Source of the DNA: Nemertoderma westbladi
Lineage: Eukaryota; Animalia; Xenacoelomorpha
DNA: 64,000 nt
NCBI GenBank assembly: GCA_032718475.1
Contig: JAUCBJ010004839.1
Location: 1 to 64,000, forward strand
Reading direction: 5' to 3'
The notes beneath the pieces were generated by a model. The model was not told where the DNA came from. It was given only the letters and a program-made list of their open reading frames with translations, and searched no databases. Shown in pieces: positions 49,301 through 62,030 of this stretch; position 1 is the stretch's first letter; each line of letters begins with the position of its first letter. Made by a program: the position numbers and the translations under genes.

Positions 49301-50535
49301 TCGAAATGAAGTTTAGCTGTCTTCTCTCGTTGTTCCGTTTGTCGTTGTTGCGCCTCACACTCTGCTTGTCGTATAGCGGATTGAGCTTTTATTTGCCGTG
49401 TTTTCATTTCGGCCCGTGCTTCCGAAACTAACCTGTCTCGTTCTAATTCCGCCGCTGCCGCTGCCGCTTGTCGCTCTGACTCTGCCGCTGCCGCTTGTCG
49501 CTCTGTCTCTGCCGCTGCCGCTGCCGCTTGTCGGGCAATGTCTACCTCTAACCTTTCTACTTCAGCTGCTTCTAATTCAGCTTGTTCCTGTAGATGAGAG
49601 ATTCTCGCTATATTCGCAACGCGTAGCTTCTCTTCCTCTACTGCTGCTTGCATCACTAGAAGTTGAGCTTGTTCCTCCATTTCTCGTCGTTGTCGGTAGA
49701 ATTCTTGCTGTTGTCGAGCAACTTCTGACGTAACCATACTTCCCTCGCAGATTTCGCTACGAATACTTACCAGCGATTGATTTAGTATTCCCGGTGCCGA
49801 TTCGATTTGTGCGAATGAAGTTTCCCTCATATATTCCGGCACTGTTTCCAAATCGCCGACGTCTTCGCCGCACATGCGTAAGTGGTCCGTCAGGTGTTTT
49901 AATTGTCCATCCAGTCGGTACAGTTCCTGTTCTTCCTCGGGTTGTAATAATTCGTCCGAAACCGACTCACCTAACAACTGGTCCGCTTGTTCCTGTTGTA
50001 TCTGTCTAATCGTCGACTTAAACTGAATCAGTTTCTCTCTAGTGATCATTAGTTTCTCGAGGATTCTAAGTTGAGTATCCATGTCCTGTCTCTGTCTAGC
50101 TAGATCTTGTAGGCCAACTAGATTATCTACGGACTTATATACTTTACTCTGTACTCTAACCTGGAGGGTGTAGAACTCGAATCGAGACATCGGAGCGGTC
50201 AACCCGTCTAATATGCGTTGGCCTTCTCCAATACTCCTGGTAATATGCGCCATGTAACCTCCGACGCTTCTAACCACACTTTCTGTGCTTCCTGCTGAAC
50301 TTACCATTTCCGTTTCCCTGTATCTAGGTTGCGGAACAGTTAGAAAGTCCTCGGTCCTGCCGTCACCTCGTACTACGGCATCCGGTACTCCCGTTGGATG
50401 TACTGGTGACGCACACGGTGTAGGTTCGGTAGGCTCGCGAGTCTTCCCCTGTTGTTCTTCCGCTGCTGACTTATCTCCGTCACACGAGTCATAGTCGGTA
50501 GGTGTATTCTTCGTATAGTCTTGTTTGTCACTCAT
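41972..50535 (-). pseudogene. BEL/Pao gag-pol polyprotein, disrupted
   Basis: Coiled-coil N-terminus; KFSG...EKFNYL gag; three Cys/His knuckles; protease AILDSAS; RT YYLPHH, KVRVVNDC, DVEAMFHQV, FGARDSP; RNase H LHCFSDAS, PRAELQAA, YWTDA, NPADIASRG; integrase HHCC plus D,D,E. Lesions: TGA at 48802-48804, frameshifts near 48050 and 43318, deletion near 45361. Confidence 0.92.
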
Positions 50536-50618
50536 TTCGGTAGTTGTAAGTCAAGTAAAGTGAGTGTCAAAGTATCGAGTTTTACCGTATTTATACAAAA
50601 CGGTACTAATTACAGTCT

Positions 50619-50745
50619 TATAAAATTAGCCTACCGGCCGATTTTATAGCAGATGGATAAAATTAGCCTAAACGGCCAATTTTACAGCAAATAAATGTCA
50701 CGGAATAAGTATATAATAAAATTAGCCTAACGGCCAATTTTATAA
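50619..50745 (-). repeat. Three tandem hairpin-forming repeats in the 5' leader
   Basis: taaaattagcc-ta(a/c)c-ggcc(a/g)atttta at about 50621, 50658 and 50717. Confidence 0.75.
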
Positions 50746-52885
50746 CAAATAAATCGGATAACGATATGCGTTATCAAAAGGTAAATTAAATACAATAATA
50801 CGGACTAATTCAGCAATGAACAAAGAAATCATACGGAATGCATAAATACTTGAGACAGTGGAACCCACAATAATTTTAATTAATACGGTAATGCCTAACT
50901 TATTTATGCAACTTTTCGAACTCACCCACTCCAATAATTCTCCAGAAAAACAGATTCCCAGATACAAACCGAACGTGAACCTTTCCGTTTCCAGCGTTGC
51001 GGACGAAACGCGATTTTCCCAACCAAAGTTGTTGGGTTATCTATCTCCCAAACTTGCTAAACACGGTCTTGCTCCCGTTACAGTCTAGAAATGAGTTCTG
51101 AATCCTGAAAAAACAAAAGAGTTAGGTTTTACTTTACGAAAATTTTGTACCGGTACAATATGGTATTTAAACCCTTTTAAACACCGGTATTCAATTCCAA
51201 AAATATTTTACACGCGGTTCAAATCAAATTTTATTTCAAAAAATTAGCACTTAGCTAATCAAATACAAACTTTTACCTCAAAATACAAAATTTTCAAATA
51301 ACTTTAGTCCTACCGAACCGTAGTTCAGTAAAACACATTCCTACTAATTTAGGAAATATGTTAAATAATACCACATTCCTACTAATTGAAGAGACAGCAA
51401 CAATACCTGCAATATCCTACTGTAAAGTTTGTGAATCAAATCATAAATCCGACCTTCTCACCAAAACAATAAACTCTAAGTAAGCGAATATATTGCAGTA
51501 TCGATCTCTTATAACCGGTGAGGCAGAAAACAGTCTACGAGCAGACAAACTTCGATGAAACAAAATCCCGCGCAGCGAATCCTAAAATCAGGCTGACTCA
51601 CTGACGGACTAAGGGGCTCGTATACTTTGCCGCGGTGTGATTTATATGGTTTGGGCAAAGAGACGCTAGCTAGGTACAGTCAGACTTGGAGATGTCTAAC
51701 TAGCGGGCAAAACACAGTACGGACAAAGTTAATTTTATATATTTCGAGGTGTAAATAATTTCTAACGCGCGTGTGTTAATTCTGAACAGTCAAAAACAGT
51801 TTTGCTCCTTCACATATATAATTACTGGGTACGGTGTGCATTTAACGAATATTCTAATTTTATAACTTGTAGGTCCAATACTCACGAATGATAAGGTTCC
51901 TTCCCCTCTTGCGTATTTCCAGGACTCAAATTCAGGCATAAGGTTAATACTACGCCCAGAATTCGGCAATTTTAGGTACCAGGTCCCTGATACTAAGAAG
52001 AGATGTGTTAGTTTACTACTGTAGGCGTACGGGTACTAATAGCTATCCTGGCTCCTATCTAGAATTTTAGTCACCCAGGTAGTCCGGGTAACTTCCTATT
52101 AGGGCGTTGGCGGGGACACGGTAGATGTTAGTATCCCTGATAGCCTCAATTTATTTGCGCCTAGTGTAAACTGCCCTACCGCCTGAACGGTACAATCCCA
52201 ATTCAGGTGAAAACACAATAACCCTCCTAACCTACAAGTTCTAATGCAATGGACACTGTCGTACTGCAAATAGTCGCACACGCACCTGTACTTAGCAAGA
52301 GTTAAGCGTACAGTTTGCTGCACCCTAACCAATGTGTATGCCTTGTACCGGTGTGCCTACGTCCTATCTGCGTACTAGTATCTGCCTGCGCTCTCTCTCT
52401 CCCCCCGTAGGAATGTGAAGGTCTACTGTGGGTTTTTCCTGAATCAAGACAGTACAGTCCCTATGATGTAATTTTAGGCTTGCAGCGTGTCACTACGTCT
52501 ACCTTTTGATCTTTGGTCTTACACTTAGGTAGCAAGGATCGAACGCTGTCTAACCTTTCAGGCGATGGGCGAATAACTATAGATGGTATTGCGGGTGTCT
52601 CTCGTCTACATTCCCGTGATGTTCCCGTTCATTGCTGCGGCCCGATCTCTAGCCGGCCATCCTGTCCCTGAGTTTGTTCACCGTAGTGAATTCATAGTAA
52701 AACAGATAGAAAGCTGAGAGAATATTCTGACTTTATTACAGAAGACACAATTATAATACAATGTAATCTGAGAATAAACTAAGCACGACAGAATATTGAT
52801 AAGATAATCTGAGAAAGATTGAGATATAAGATTGAATGTATAAGAAGTTTGTGTAAGCAAGTATACTAATGAACGAAATCGCACC

Positions 52886-53033
52886 TTTATATACTAAATT
52901 TGTGCCGCAATCAATCGAGAAAATTCTCGATTGTTCTATGGGTTCTAACGAGGTTTTAAAGATAGCTTATTGGTCCAGCTAATATATAACTTGCACGACA
53001 TTGGTTACAATCAAATAACTACAGCCTTATTGG
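52886..53033 (-). promoter_or_regulatory. Putative LTR Pol II promoter: three CCAAT boxes, HSE-like palindrome, TATA box
   Basis: Minus-strand CCAAT at 53029-33, 53000-04 and 52969-73; TATATAAA at 52886-93; AATAAA at 52732-37 downstream. Confidence 0.6.
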
Positions 53034-53101
53034 TACAGACAAATGCAATTAATTTGTAGCGGTTAATTTAAATGAGTTGAAATTCTGCACAAAAAATAAT
53101 T

Positions 53102-53177
53102 CGCACTTACTAGGATTCGAACTCAATACCTACTACACATATAATTTCCAACGCTCTACCGACTGAGCTACTGAACC
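53102..53177 (-). ncRNA. tRNA-like Pol III cassette in the 5' LTR (U3)
   Basis: A box, B box and T6 terminator, as in the 3' LTR copy. Confidence 0.6.
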
Positions 53178-53304
53178 ACTTGACCGATGGGTGTACAATA
53201 GATATAATAAATACAAATGAGGACTCAAAGCAATCTTTTACAAAGTTAATCCGAATAAATAGAAATTTTGAAAATCCACGGCATTTAGGGAATATAATTC
53301 TATA

Positions 53305-56300
53305 TAGTGCACACCAACTCCTAGACATTACCATATCTGGATATTTACTGAAATTTAGTGCACACCAACTCCTAGACATTACCATATTTGGATATTTACT
53401 GAAATGTAGTGCACACCAACTCCTAGACATTACCATATTTGGATATTTACTGAAATGTAGTGCACACCAACTCCTAGACATTACCATATCTGGATATTTA
53501 CTGAAATTTAGTGCACACCAACTCCTAGACATTACCATATCTGGATATTTACTGAAATGTAGTGCACACCAACTCCTAGACATTACCATATCTGGATATT
53601 TACTGAAATGTGGTGCACACCAACTCCTAGACATTACCATATTTGGATATTTACTGAAATGTAGTGCACACCAACTCCTAGACATTACCATATTTGGATA
53701 TTTACTGAAATGTAGTGCACACCAACTCCTAGACATTACCATATCTGGATATTTACTGAAATTTAGTGCACACCAACTCCTAGACATTACCATATCTGGA
53801 TATTTACTGAAATGTAGTGCACACCAACTCCTAGACATTACCATATCTGGATATTTACTGAAATGTAGTGCACACCAACTCCTAGACATTACCATATCTG
53901 GATGTTTACTGAAATTTAGTGCACACCAACTCCTAGACATTACCTTATCTGGATATTTACCGAAATTTAGTGCACACCAACTCCTAGACATTGCCATATC
54001 TGGATATTTACTGAAATGTAGTGCTCACCAACTCCTATACATTACCATATCTGGATATTTACTGAAATGTAGTGCACACCAACTCCTAGACATTACCATA
54101 TCTGGATATTTACTGAAATTTAGTGCACACCAACTCCTAGACATTACCATATCTGGATATTTACTGAAATTTAATGCACACCAACTCCTAGACATTACCA
54201 TATCTGGATATTTACTAAAATTTAGTGCACACCAACTCGTAGACATTACCATATCTGTATATTTACTGAAATTTAGTGCACACCAACTCCTAGACATTAC
54301 CATATCTGTATATTTACTGAAATTTAGTGCACACCAACTCCTAGACATTACCATATCTGGATATTTACTGAAATTTAGTGCACACCAACTCCTAGACATT
54401 ACCATATCTGTATATTTACTGAAATTTAGTGCACACCAACTCCTAGACATTACCATATCTGTATATTTACTGAAATTTAGTGCACACGAACTCCTAGACA
54501 TTACCATATCTGTATATTTACTGAAATTTAGTACACACCAACTCCTAGACATTACCATATCTGTATATTTACTGAAATGTAGTGCACACCAACTCCTAGA
54601 CATTACCATATCTGGATATTTACTGAAATGTAGTGCTCACCAACTCCTAGACATTGCCATATCTGGATATTTACTAAAATGTAGTGCACACCAACTCCTA
54701 GACATTACCATATCTGGATATTTACTGAAATGTAGTGCTCACCAACTCCTAGACATTACCATATCTGGATATTTACTGAAATGTAGTGCACACCAACTCC
54801 TAGACATTACCATATCTGGATATTTACTGAAATGTAGTGCTCACCAACTCCTAGACATTACCATATCTGGATATTTACTGAAATGTAGTGCACACCAACT
54901 CCTAGACATTACCATATCTGGATATTTACTGAAATGTAGTGCTCACCAACTCCTAGACATTACCATATCTGGATATTTACTGAAATGTAGTGCACACCAA
55001 CTCCTAGACATTACCATATCTGGATATTTACTGAAATTCAGTGCACACGAACTCCTAGACATTACCATATCTGTATATTTACTGAAATTTAGTGAACACC
55101 AACTCCTAGACATTACCATATCTGGATATTTACTGAAATGTAGTGCACACCAACTCCTAGACATTACCATATCTGGATATTTACTGAAATGTAGTGCACA
55201 CCAACTCCTAGACATTACCATATCTGGATATTTACTTAAATGTAGTGCTCACCAACTCCTAGACATTACCATATCTGGATATTTACTGAAATGTAGTGCA
55301 CACCAACTCCTAGACATTACCATATCTGGATATTTACTGAAATGTAGTGCACACCAACTCCTAGACATTACCATATCTGGATATTTACTGAAATGTAGTG
55401 AACACCAACTCCTAGACATTACCATATCTGGATATTTACTGAAATGTAGTGCTCACCAACTCCTAGACATTACCATATCTGGATATTTACTGAAATGTAG
55501 TGCACACCAACTCCTAGACATTACCATATCTGGATATTTACTGAAATGTAGTGCACACCAACTCCTAGACATTACCATATCTGGATATTTACTGAAATTT
55601 AGTGCACACCAACTCCTAGACATTACCATATCTGGATATTACTGAAATGTAGTGCACACCAACTCCTAGACATTACCATATTTGGATATTTACTGAAATG
55701 TAGTGCACACCAACTCCTAGACATTACCATATCTGGATATTTACTGAAATTTAGTGCACACCAACTCCTAGACATTACCATATCTGGATATTTACTGAAA
55801 TGTAGTGCACACCAACTCCTAGACATTACCATATCTGGATATTTACTGAAATGTGGTGCACACCAACTCTTAGACATTACCATATTTGGATATTTACTGA
55901 AATGTAGTGCACACCAACTCCTAGACATTACCATATTTGGATATTTACTGAAATGTAGTGCACACCAACTCCTAGACATTACCATATCTGGATATTTACT
56001 GAAATTTAGTGCACACCAACTCCTAGACATTACCATATCTGGATATTTACTGAAATGTAGTGCACACCAACTCCTAGACATTACCATATCTGGATATTTA
56101 CTGAAATGTAGTGCACACCAACTCCTAGACATTACCATATCTGGATGTTTACTGAAATTTAGTGCACACCAACTCCTAGACATTACCATATCTGGATATT
56201 TACCGAAATTTAGTGCACACCAACTCCTAGACATTGCCATATCTGGATATTTACTGAAATGTAGTGCTCACCAACTCCTATACATTACCATATCTGGATA

Positions 56301-59300
56301 TTTACTGAAATGTAGTGCACACCAACTCCTAGACATTACCATATCTTGATATTTACTGAAATTTAGTGCACACCAACTCCTAGACATTACCATATCTGGA
56401 TATTTACTGAAATTTAATGCACACCAACTCCTAGACATTACCATATCTGGATATTTACTAAAATTTAGTGCACACCAACTCGTAGACATTACCATATCTG
56501 TATATTTACTGAAATTTAGTGCACACCAACTCCTAGACATTACCATATCTGTATATTTACTGAAATTTAGTGCACACCAACTCCTAGACATTACCATATC
56601 TGGATATTTACTGAAATTTAGTGCACACCAACTCCTAGACATTACCATATCTGTATATTTACTGAAATTTAGTGCACACCAACTCCTAGACATTACCATA
56701 TCTGTATATTTACTGAAATTTAGTGCACACGAACTCCTAGACATTACCATATCTGTATATTTACTGAAATTTAGTACACACCAACTCCTAGACATTACCA
56801 TATCTGTATATTTACTGAAATGTAGTGCACACCAACTCCTAGACATTACCATATCTGGATATTTACTGAAATGTAGTGCTCACCAACTCCTAGACATTGC
56901 CATATCTGGATATTTACTAAAATGTAGTGCACACCAACTCCTAGACATTACCATATCTGGATATTTACTGAAATGTAGGGCTCACCAACTCCTAGACATT
57001 ACCATATCTGGATATTTACTGAAATGTAGTGCACACCAACTCCTAGACATTACCATATCTGGATATTTACTGAAATGTAGTGCTCACCAACTCCTAGACA
57101 TTACCATATCTGGATATTTACTGAAATGTAGTGCACACCAACTCCTAGACATTACCATATCTGGAGATTTACTGAAATGTAGTGCTCACCAACTCCTAGA
57201 CATTACCATATCTGGATATTTACTGAAATGTAGTGCACACCAACTCCTAGACATTACCATATCTGGATATTTACTGAAATTTAGTGCACACGAACTCCTA
57301 GACATTACCATATCTGTATATTTACTGAAATTTAGTGAACACCAACTCCTAGACATTACCATATCTGGATATTTACTGAAATGTAGTGCACACCAACTCC
57401 TAGACATTACCATATCTGGATATTTACTGAAATTTAGTGCACACCAACTCCTAGACATTACCATATCTGTATATTTACTGAAATGTAGTGCACACCAACT
57501 CCTAGACATTACCATATCTGGATATTTACTGAAATGTAGTGCTCACCAACTCCTAGACATTACCATATCTGGATATTTACTGAAATGTAGTGCACACCAA
57601 CTCCTAGATATTACCATATCTGGATATTTACTGAAATGTAGTGCTCACCAACTCCTAGACATTACCATATCTGGATATTTACTGAAATGTAGTGCACACC
57701 AACTCCTAGACATTACCATATCTGGATATTTACTGAAATGTAGTGCACACCAACTCCTAGACATTACCATATCTGGATATTTACTTAAATGTAGTGCTCA
57801 CCAACTCCTAGACATTACCATATCTGGATATTTACTGAAATGTAGTGCACACCAACTCCTAGACATTACCATATCTGGATATTTACTGAAATGTAGTGCA
57901 CACCAACTCCTAGACATTACCATATCTGGATATTTACTGAAATGTAGTGAACACCAACTCCTAGACATTACCATATCTGGATATTTACTGAAATGTAGTG
58001 CTCACCAACTCCTAGACATTACCATATCTGGATATTTACTGAAATGTAGTGCACACCAACTCCTAGACATTACCATATCTGGATATTTACTGAAATGTAG
58101 TGCACACCAACTCCTAGACATTACCATATCTGGATATTTACTGAAATTTGGTGCACACCAACTCCTAGACATTACCATATCTGGATATTACTGAAATGTA
58201 GTGCACACCAACTCCTAGACATTACCATATCTGGATATTTACTGAAATTTAGTGCACACCAACTCCTAGACATTACCATATTTGGATATTTACTGAAATG
58301 TAGTGCACACCAACTCCTAGACATTACCATATCTGGATATTTACTGAAATTTAGTGCACACCAACTCCTAGACATTACCATATCTGGATATTTACTGAAA
58401 TTTAGTGCACACCAACTCCTAGACATTACCATATCTGGATATTTACTGAAATTTAGTACACCCCAACTCCTAGACCTTACCATTTCTGGATATTTACTGA
58501 AATGTAGTGCACACCAACTCCTAGACATTACCATATCTGGATATTTACTGAAATGTAGTGCACACCAACTCCTAGACATTACCAGAGCTGGATATTTACT
58601 GAAATGTAGTGCACACCAACTCCTAGACATTACCATATCTGGATATTTACTGAAATGTAGTGCACACCAACTCCTAGACATTACCAAATCTGGATATGTA
58701 CTGAAATATAGTGCACACCAACTCCTAGACATTACCATATCTGGATATTTACTGAAATGTAGTGCACACCAACTCCTAGACATTACCATATCTGGATATT
58801 TACTGAAATGTAGTGCACACCAACTCCTAGACATTACCATATCTGGATATTTACTGAAATGTAGTGCACACCAACTCCTAGACATTACCATATCTGGATA
58901 TTTACTGAAATGTAGTGCACACCAACTCCTAGACATTACCATATCTGGATATTTACTTAAATGTAGTGCTCACCAACTCCTAGACATTACCATATCTGGA
59001 TATTTACTGAAATGTAGTGCACACCATCTCCTAGACATTACCATATCTGGATATTTACTGAAATGTAGTGCACACCAACTCCTAGACATTACCATATCTG
59101 GATATTTACTGAAATGTAGTGCACACCAACTCCTAGACATTACCATATCTGGATGTTTACTGAAATTTAGTGCACACCAACTCCTAGATATTACCATATC
59201 TGGATATTTACTGAAATGTAGTGCACACCAACTCCTAGACATTGCCATATCTGGATATTTACTGAAATTTAGTGCACACCAACTCCTAGACATTACCATA

Positions 59301-60031
59301 GCTGGATATTTACTGAAATGTAGTGCACACCAACTCCTAGACATTACCATATCTGGATATTTACTGAAATGTAGTGCACACCAACTCCTAGACATTACCA
59401 TATCTGGATATTTACTGAAATGTAGTGCACACCAACTCCTAGACATTACCATATCTGGATATTTACTGAAATGTAGTGCAAACCAACTTCTAGACATTAC
59501 CATATCTGGATATTTACTGAAATGTAGTGCACACCAACTCCTAGACATTACCATATCTGGATATTTACTGAAATGTAGTGCACACCAACTCCTAGACATT
59601 ACCATATCTGTATATTTACTGAAATGTAGTGCACACCAACTCCTAGAAATTACCATATCTGGATATTTACTGAAATTTAGTGCACACCAACTCCTAGACA
59701 TTACCATATCTGGATATTTACTGAAATGTAGTGCACACCAACTCCTAGACATTACCATATCTGGATATTTACTGAAATTTAGTGCACACCAACTCCTAGA
59801 CATTACCATAGCTGGATATTTACTGAAATGTAGTGCACCCCAACTCCTAGACATTACCATATCTGGATATTTACTGAAATGTAGTGCACACCAACTCCTA
59901 GATATTACCATATCTGGATATTTACTGAAATTTAGTGCACACCACCTCCTAGACATTACCATATCTGGATATTTACTGAAATGTAGTGCACACCAACTCC
60001 TAGACATTGCCATATCTGGATATTTTCTGAA
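53305..60031. repeat. 51-bp satellite, right arm (~132 copies)
   Basis: Same unit; resumes in register at the TSD. Confidence 0.97.
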
Positions 60032-62030
60032 TTGTCTGTATTTTTCTTATTCCGTTTTAATAATTATTATAATGTTTAATGATTTCATATTGTAACAATT
60101 TATCGTTTTACTTTACAATTTTCATTAAGAACATGATGTTATTGGGGCGGGGGGGGGGGGGGGGGGGGGTCTTACGAAATTTGGACTGTAGGGTAGGATG
60201 TGGGGAAACATAATTTCAAATTTTAAAAACTTCTAATTTTTACAAGGGTTTTACAAGGGTTGTAATGGATTTCTCGTGCTCCTTGGTACGATAAGCTCCT
60301 AAAACGGCTTTAAATTTCAAAAAGGTTCCAGGTAGTGCTCTACTTTCGCTTAGTGTTTTGGTTTTCCGGCTAACATAAAATATTTCCACTAGAACACGGT
60401 CCTTCAATGACTTGTTATTTACGGACATCCACAACTTTTCAATATAGTACAAAAACACAGTGATTTTCTATTCTTCCCAAATAATACTGTATATTGCTTC
60501 CTTCTAAATAAATGAAATAGCTTACTGTAACACTGTATAAAAACCTCTGGGTGGGGTAAAAGATAGAAACCGGGTGAGGGGTGCTTTGGGTCAGTTAGGA
60601 TCCAAAGTATAGCCTCAAAATAATCCAAAAAGCTAAGAAAATATACCATATTTTTAGCCGTTTTGTTTTGCTAAAAATACACCGGAAAAAATACACAAAT
60701 AAAGGGGAGAAATATAATAATAATCAATTGTTTTGAAAAACGTCTTAATAAATCGTGAAAAAGTCATGGGCTAATAAAGTCTAAGAAAATTGTAGCACGT
60801 CTAAAAGCTGTAAGCAGGTTACCGTCTGAGTCCAAACAGGGGTGGTACCGATTGGACTTTAAGGATTAGCTGCAATTTGTTCTCAGACCATAGAGGTTTA
60901 TTTGGGCGAACCACAAATAAACATATAGCCTGCGGACAGTGCACCAGCACTACCGTGGGCAGGAGAGCCAAGCCGGTGGTGGAGACGCTGCCACTTTTGC
61001 CTGGTAGGCAATAGCGAGCACACAGGCGCTCCGGGCTTGTCTAGCCAATGTGCTCAGACCAACGGCGGAACCGAACCGTCTTACGTTACTGGCGACCTCA
61101 AAGCCTTTCGCTGGCCCGATCCAGCAACAAAGAGGGCCCCAACTCGGAACAGAGCTGACTTCTAGGCCAGGGACCTCTGCTGTACTGAGGAGCAGAGCTC
61201 AACAGTTATGCCTGAGGCTGAGTGAAAACTCTTGAAGTTTTAGTCCCGATGCGTCTCTATTTATAGCCTGCTGTGGGGTCAATATGGAGTTGACCCCCAA
61301 TTATCACCTGCGCGCAGGTGGACTTTCTGGGTAGAGAATTTACGTTCAAACAATGTTAAATATAATTACCCAATATAATAGACCAATTAATATTGGTGCC
61401 TGGATGGAGTTTAGAAGGTGACTTGTCAATCACTTTTAACTGCTATTGGGTGGCGGCCATAGGCTGCGTGCTGGGGGCCGGTGTAAGGGAAGGGGTGTAT
61501 TGCATAACAATGGACCATGTATAGTGCATTGGATGGAGTGTATAGGGCGGATCAGCCAAGGCTTGACACTCCCGCCACGACTAAGGATGTCTGGCTTGGG
61601 GCAATAAATCGTAATGTGAGATATGGGATAATATTCTGAGAAGAATATTTTGGTGAATATTTTCGGGATGAATATTGCGTCGAATATTTTGAGATAAATA
61701 TTACGACTGAATAAGGAAAGGGGGAATAATTATATTGTAATTATTTCGTTATTAAAATCAGAGTCACGAGGAAGTGTATTTTATATGTTTGCCTACGGAG
61801 GCGCGAAAAATCGATTTCAAGGGTCTTCTTCACATGATTTGTTATTATACATTTATTATAGGAAGGGATCTAGGGGTCTCAACCTCGAATGATAAGTTTA
61901 TTTTACCGAAAATAACTTATCTTTTTTTGGCGCAATTGTAGGACTAATTCCATCACATGCGTACTTTTTAACCGGGTAGTGTACAAATTTGAATCGCGTA
62001 ATTTTTATTGAAATTAATATCTCATATCTC

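Larger units (their letters stand above)
33837..53304 (-). mobile_element. BEL/Pao LTR retrotransposon, 19468 bp, with cargo ORFs
   Basis: Direct repeats 33837-35758 and 51383-53304; 5-bp TSD tagtg (33832-33836 and 53305-53309); gag-PR-RT-RH-IN order with BEL/Pao-type motifs. Confidence 0.95.
51383..53304 (-). repeat. 5' LTR (1922 bp)
   Basis: Direct repeat of 33837-35758, upstream of gag on the minus strand. Confidence 0.95.

Noticed and set aside
51355-51373. TGG-initiated tRNA PBS (TGGTATTATTTAAC)
   Set aside because: Offset 9 nt from the LTR and too AT-rich to resemble a tRNA acceptor-stem complement that I recognise; needs a formal tRNA search
53102-53177. Functional tRNA gene
   Set aside because: Acceptor and anticodon stems do not pair; kept only as a tRNA-like Pol III cassette
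24421-60013. Long ORFs of 17-aa repeats (MVMSRSWCALHFSKYPD; SAHQLLDITISGYLLKC), including the 821-aa ORF at 53180-55645
   Set aside because: By-product of a 51-bp unit (multiple of 3) lacking stops in some frames; broken at random by point variants and indels; 53180 starts inside the LTR antisense
60790-61570. Possible solo LTR (minus-strand TATA near 61260, AATAAA near 60898, TG/CA candidates)
   Set aside because: Could not define ends with a matching TSD; no second copy in the window
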